A DNA stretch of 64,000 nt from an uncultured archaeon (lineage in GTDB: Archaea > Thermoproteota > Nitrososphaeria > Nitrososphaerales > Gagatemarchaeaceae): positions 928,001 to 992,000 of the forward strand of contig CAWCYD010000003.1 of assembly GCA_963799775.1 (NCBI GenBank). Reading direction: 5' to 3'. The position numbers and the translations under genes are program-made. Of this stretch, positions 59,639 to 64,000 are shown in pieces. A model generated the notes under the pieces. It was not told where the DNA came from. It was given only the letters and a program-made list of their open reading frames with translations, and searched no databases. The number at the start of each line of letters is the position of its first letter. The first letter of the stretch is position 1.

Positions 59639-62600
59639 TCAGGCGCCACCTCTCTGCGATTCTCCTGCTGATAGCGACGCGCGCTCCCTCCTCGGCGACG
59701 ACGGGCTTCTTGAGGTCAAGCTCGGCGACTGTCTCCCGGGCGGATGTGACCGTCCCCAGCGTGGAGGCGGTCCCCACGTTGAGCCTCAATGTCTCCTGGA
59801 CCTTGACCTTGTCCACCTTGATCAGGGCGGAGGAGCCCACGGCCTGGTCGAAGAGCTGCAGGTCGAGCGTGATGTGAGTCCTGATCGGCGGCAGGCTACC
59901 GGACTTGCCTACGAGGTTGCCCACGAGGACGTCTCCCTTTGTGAGACGCGGGTCTAGCGTGGTCCCCAGAGCGATCAGGCCGCCAGGCCCCACCTTCTCG
60001 GTCATGCCTGCTCCCGTCCCGAGGCTGGCCACCTTGGTGCTTATCGGCGTGTACTTGCCGCTCCTCTCCTCGACGAGGCCCGGGGAGATCTCTATCTCGT
60101 CGCCGACCCTTATCTCGCCGCTCACAAGGCTGCCTCCAAGGACCCCTCCCACGAGCGACTTTACGTCGGCCCCTGGCCTGTTAACGTCGAAGCTCCTGAG
60201 GATATACATCTTAGGGGCGGCGCTCATGTCGTGCTTCGGGGTGGGGATGTTCTCCTCTATCGCCTCGATCAGGGCGTCGATGTTTATCCTGTTCTGCGCC
60301 GAGACAGGGATGACCGGCGCGTCTGCCCCGACGGTGTTGGCGAGGAACTGCTTGATCGCCTCGTAGTTCTTCCTCGCGCCGTCGGCGTCGACCCTGTCTA
60401 TCTTGTTCTGGACGACGACCATCTTCTTCATCCCGAGCATCTGGAGCGCGAGCATGTGCTCACGGGTCTGAGGCATCGGGACGGGCTCGTTCGCGGTGAT
60501 GACCAGGATCACCCCGTCCATGAGCGCCGCTCCGGCGAGCATGTTGGTCATGAGGCTCTCGTGGCCGGGGCAGTCGACGAAGCTCATGGCCCTGAGAAAG
60601 TGAGTATCCTTCCCGCATACCGGGCAGACGGGGGAGGTGGAGTAGGCTTCGGGCGGAGGGGTGACAGGACACTTGTACAAGGCCGCGTCCGCGTAGCCGA
60701 CCTTTATCGTGATTCCCCGCTTCAGCTCCTCGCTGTGGGCGCTGGCCCAGACGCCCGTGATGGCCTGGACAAGACTGGTGTTGTGGCAGACTGTAGCCCC
60801 CTTCCCTGCAAGAAAGTTGGCGTGGTCCGGTACTGTCATGTCGAACACCGGACCATCGTGGTCTTCCGCCCTGATAGTGACTATTCTATCGAACTCCAGA
60901 GATGGCGAAGCCAGCCTTCTGAACTGCTCAAGGGCCTGATTGCCGTAGCGCAATACTCCCCTTGTTTCTCCCTTGAGTTTCCTAGCTACCATGAGGAGCT
61001 CCTTGCTCGAGCCCGATCGTAAGATGCGGGTCAGCCACTTTCTGCTATGTCCGAACTCTCCGCTGACCTCTTGGAGCGACATTCCGATGAGGGAAGAATG
61101 AGCTCTCAGCTTGGCGCCGTCAGTCCCCATTCTGGACTGTGAAGATTCCACGTCTCGAAGCTGATCTTCGACCGCCCTTATCACTAGAAGGAGCTTTGTC
61201 CGGGATAGGCGACCCTTTCGGATTGCATCCTGATACGCCTTGTACCAATCCGACTCCTTCATGACTTTCTGAGCAGGCAACCTAGGGAAGGCTTCTCTCA
61301 TGACGCCGCTCTCTTTGAACAAGACTTGGAGCACCTTCGCATTGATCGGGATACTTCGGTCGGTCTCTTTCGAGTCGAGCCTTATGCTCTTCAGATATGA
61401 GAGTAACCTGTCTTGGACCCTGGAATCTTCGAACCCGATGCTTTCCGCGAATGCCCTGAGGTCTTTTCTCCCTGAGACGATTATGCGACCGTAGACCTTC
61501 CTTCCCTTCTTCGTTGGGCTCCACTTCGTTCCAAACTTCGGGACGATTCCAAAGGAATGAAGCAAGTAGCCGATAATGGCTATGTTGTGGTCATTGAGCT
61601 GCGTCACACATATTTGTCCGTGGTCGTTGAACTCTCCATCCAGAGTGAAGAACCATCGGAGGAACAGCGCCTTTTGTTTTCTCGGCAGTTTGCAGACCCA
61701 ATCAGCCATTCCGCAGACAGATTCGTTTCCAGGGACAAAGTTGAATCTTGAACTCAGATAGTCGACGAACGCTTTGTTGTGGATAGCGTAGCGGTCGTCG
61801 TAGCACCTGGTCTCTTGCTTCAATCTTTCCTGAGTGATCTTCAGGAATTCAGCGAGCATCCCTTGCTGGACAGACTGCGTGATGTCGACTCTGTGCGGGT
61901 CGCTCGAACCTTCTGACCATACAAATGCGAACCACTTTACAATCTCATCGTCAAGTGACATTTCCACCAATCTTCGGATAATCCTTCTATTGCCGCGCAT
62001 CTGCTCAGCGAGGAATTCATTCGGCCCTAGCGTAATGGGGCAACCGCTCTTGAATGCCTTGATTATTCTGTCCCTTTGACTGATACTTGCCGCCTTCTCT
62101 TGTCTCACGATACGGGCGTATGTCTTTGGATCAATCCTGGCGAGTCGCATGAAGGTAGTCTTGTTCAGTCCCAAGATCATCCTTGTGTTCTCGAATCGGT
62201 CTACGCCGAGAGCGCCATAGTCTGTGAAGTCCGATGTGGCGGACTTGACTGATTGATAATCAGTCCAAGAGACTATCTTGTATGACTTTTGAAGATGGGG
62301 GATTGGGTCAGGAAGAGTAACTTCCTCACCAAGTGGCACCCTCGAAACGAATGAGGCATAATCGCCCAATCTGATGTCCTTCGCCTTGACCCATTGGAGC
62401 ACCCCCTGTCTGTTGATTAGCAGTGGATGCTCGGGTGTTACGCGGAGTTCTCTCCCTGACTTTCCCTTGATGGAAAACATATGTCCCTTGTAATGCTGGA
62501 CGAAGAGTAACGAAGACGCGGTGACAGGCTCGAGAGCCGAATTGAGGCTTAGGACTTTGTTGTAGGTTAGCTGGTATACCTCCTCTCCGTTGACCTGACT

Positions 62601-62801
62601 TAGCAAAACACCCTCAGTCTTGGCCCTATGGAGCAACTGCCATCCGGTCGTGGGCACGCCGTCGACCAAAACGTACGAGGAAGGGTCGAGACATTTACCG
62701 GAGTCTACATGCCCTGCGGTCCCTACGTTGACCTCCGGTTGCTTGGGGATGCGCCTCTGGGCTTCAGGGGGCGGGGCTGTCGCGGTTTGCTGTTGGGCCA
62801 T
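59616..62801 (-). CDS. eif2g: Translation initiation factor 2 gamma subunit, intein-containing
   Basis: QPEVNVGTAGHVDSGK/TSLV, HSEELKRGITIKVGYA, DCPGHE, NKID, WRLIGSG. Confidence 0.95.
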   Translation of the reverse strand: MAQQQTATAPPPEAQRRIPKQPEVNVGTAGHVDSGKCLDPSSYVLVDGVPTTGWQLLHRAKTEGVLLSQVNGEEVYQLTYNKVLSLNSALEPVTASSLLFVQHYKGHMFSIKGKSGRELRVTPEHPLLINRQGVLQWVKAKDIRLGDYASFVSRVPLGEEVTLPDPIPHLQKSYKIVSWTDYQSVKSATSDFTDYGALGVDRFENTRMILGLNKTTFMRLARIDPKTYARIVRQEKAASISQRDRIIKAFKSGCPITLGPNEFLAEQMRGNRRIIRRLVEMSLDDEIVKWFAFVWSEGSSDPHRVDITQSVQQGMLAEFLKITQERLKQETRCYDDRYAIHNKAFVDYLSSRFNFVPGNESVCGMADWVCKLPRKQKALFLRWFFTLDGEFNDHGQICVTQLNDHNIAIIGYLLHSFGIVPKFGTKWSPTKKGRKVYGRIIVSGRKDLRAFAESIGFEDSRVQDRLLSYLKSIRLDSKETDRSIPINAKVLQVLFKESGVMREAFPRLPAQKVMKESDWYKAYQDAIRKGRLSRTKLLLVIRAVEDQLRDVESSQSRMGTDGAKLRAHSSLIGMSLQEVSGEFGHSRKWLTRILRSGSSKELLMVARKLKGETRGVLRYGNQALEQFRRLASPSLEFDRIVTIRAEDHDGPVFDMTVPDHANFLAGKGATVCHNTSLVQAITGVWASAHSEELKRGITIKVGYADAALYKCPVTPPPEAYSTSPVCPVCGKDTHFLRAMSFVDCPGHESLMTNMLAGAALMDGVILVITANEPVPMPQTREHMLALQMLGMKKMVVVQNKIDRVDADGARKNYEAIKQFLANTVGADAPVIPVSAQNRINIDALIEAIEENIPTPKHDMSAAPKMYILRSFDVNRPGADVKSLVGGVLGGSLVSGEIRVGDEIEISPGLVEERSGKYTPISTKVASLGTGAGMTEKVGPGGLIALGTTLDPRLTKGDVLVGNLVGKSGSLPPIRTHITLDLQLFDQAVGSSALIKVDKVKVQETLRLNVGTASTLGTVTSARETVAELDLKKPVVAEEGARVAISRRIAERWRLIGSGLIK
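60780..62693 (-). mobile_element. 638-aa intein with a LAGLIDADG-type homing endonuclease
   Basis: Starts CLDPSS, block B VTPEHPL, FVWSEGS / FFTLDGEF, block F VFDMTV, ends VCHN then Thr. Confidence 0.95.
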
Positions 62802-62858
62802 TAGCAGAAGAATTCTGACGGCGACTGTGCGTATATTTTAAGATGATGAGGGATTCCG

Positions 62859-63200
62859 CTATTCGACCTTTATCGCATTGAGCTGATAGACCTCGTCGTT
62901 GATGAGGCCTCCCCTCACGAGCTTCCTCCTCTTCTCCCCGCTCACGGAGTTCCTGAACCCCACGCCCTCGGTGAGGAGCACGTATCTTTTCCCGCTGCCC
63001 AGGATGTCTGCGCGCATCGGGAAGCCCGCCTTGTCGCTCCCTCCGGTGATCTTGACCTTGTAGTTCTGACCCACCACGCTGAGGTCGACGGTGTCGCCTA
63101 TCCTCCTTCCCATGAAGAGCTGGGCCGTCGCGTCCTTCGCCTCGAGTACCTCGGACTTGCCCGTCTTGGTGTCGCTCAGGACGATCTTGAACGTGGCCAT
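62859..63200 (-). CDS. rps6e: 30S ribosomal protein S6e
   Basis: KITGGSDKAGFPM, GEKRRKLVRG. Confidence 0.95.
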   Translation of the reverse strand: MATFKIVLSDTKTGKSEVLEAKDATAQLFMGRRIGDTVDLSVVGQNYKVKITGGSDKAGFPMRADILGSGKRYVLLTEGVGFRNSVSGEKRRKLVRGGLINDEVYQLNAIKVE

Positions 63201-63331
63201 GTTTTCGGAGACCCCACCTCGACTCTATCTTAATAAGCGAATAGTCTTCGTCGGCTCGAAAACCAGCCGAAGCCGCTACCGCGAGGCGTGTCGTTCCGGC
63301 ACCGAGAGCCGGGCCCGCAGGTCGGCGATTT

Positions 63332-64000
63332 CTAGAAGCCGAAGAGCGGGTCCTTGGCGGAACGGATCGCGGTAATCTCCTCGAGGGCACTCCTGATCGT
63401 CGGGCGTGAGCGTCGCCGCGTACTTGCCCTTCAGGATCTTCGCGTCAGCGCTTGTGGGGTACGTGTAGAGGTCTTCGTCCTCCTTAATCGTCCTCCCCAA
63501 GGTGGGGCCCTTCACCGAGATCGCGACCTGCATCCCCTTCCTTGCCTCCGGGATGTTCTTCCCGTTCTCCTGTATCTGCTCCACTACCCCGATCTCCTCT
63601 CCGCCCTGGTTCATGAGCCTCACCTTGGCGTGCAGCCGGCCCCCGAGTATCTCGACCCCAAAGACGGCCGGGTCGTTCCTCCTGAAGAAGTTCCCCTTGA
63701 GTGCCTTGATCTTTGCGGGCATCGTCACGTTCTGGAGGGCGTTCTTCTGGTCCTCCTCCTTCTTCCTCTCGGTCCACTGGACGTAGCCCTCCACCGCGTC
63801 GTAGATCACTTCAGAGGTGATTATCTCGACCTTCTCCGCGCTCTCCTTGGCCTCGGGGAGGAGCCTTGACGTCGAAGCCGATGATGGCCCCGAGGTATGG
63901 GTCGCGTTCTGCCACAGACTGGGCCTCGACTATCTCTGCCTTTGAGATGTCCCCGATGTCTGCCAGGCGGACGGGGATGCTACGCTCCTCGAGCATCTTG
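63332..64000 (-). CDS. infB: Translation initiation factor aIF5B (3' part, frameshifted)
   Basis: ADIGDISK, FRRNDPAVFGVE, VAISVKGPT.GR, ends DPLFGF*. Confidence 0.9.

Noticed and set aside
2171-64000. More than 15 frameshifted genes as programmed frameshifting, phase variation or mass pseudogenisation
   Set aside because: They hit essential genes (rpoE, aIF5B, DPCK) and often fall in short homopolymers; best explained by long-read indel errors.

Overview
Archaeal chromosome segment, probably a non-ammonia-oxidising Nitrososphaerota/Thaumarchaeota lineage (inferred from the thaumarchaeal-type S-layer C-terminus, PEF-CTERM proteins and the eIF5B-rps6e-eIF2gamma-PIN-rpoE-spt4-DPCK-rps24e-rps27ae operon). 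The assembly has many single-base frameshifts, including in essential genes. Layout: (1) 1-24.8 kb, a surface-glycosylation island (GT2/GT4, NDP-sugar enzymes, flippase, B12 radical SAM, ATP-grasp, HAD); (2) 20.4-28.8 kb and 39.2-45.7 kb, dense toxin-antitoxin (TA) clusters; (3) 28.8-39.1 kb, cupredoxins, a ZIP-like transporter, a stand-alone TnpB, an S-layer gene pair and a Tat phosphoesterase; (4) 45.9-55.5 kb, secreted or hypothetical proteins; (5) 55.6-64 kb, the core translation/transcription operon, with a 638-aa intein in eIF2gamma. Strongest leads: three divergent copies of a two-gene module (RHH+DUF5678-like protein / retropepsin-like aspartic protease) sitting among TA loci, and three TA blocks each bracketed by diverged direct copies of the neighbouring gene, with no integrase in the window. 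All calls come from motif reading; no searches were run.
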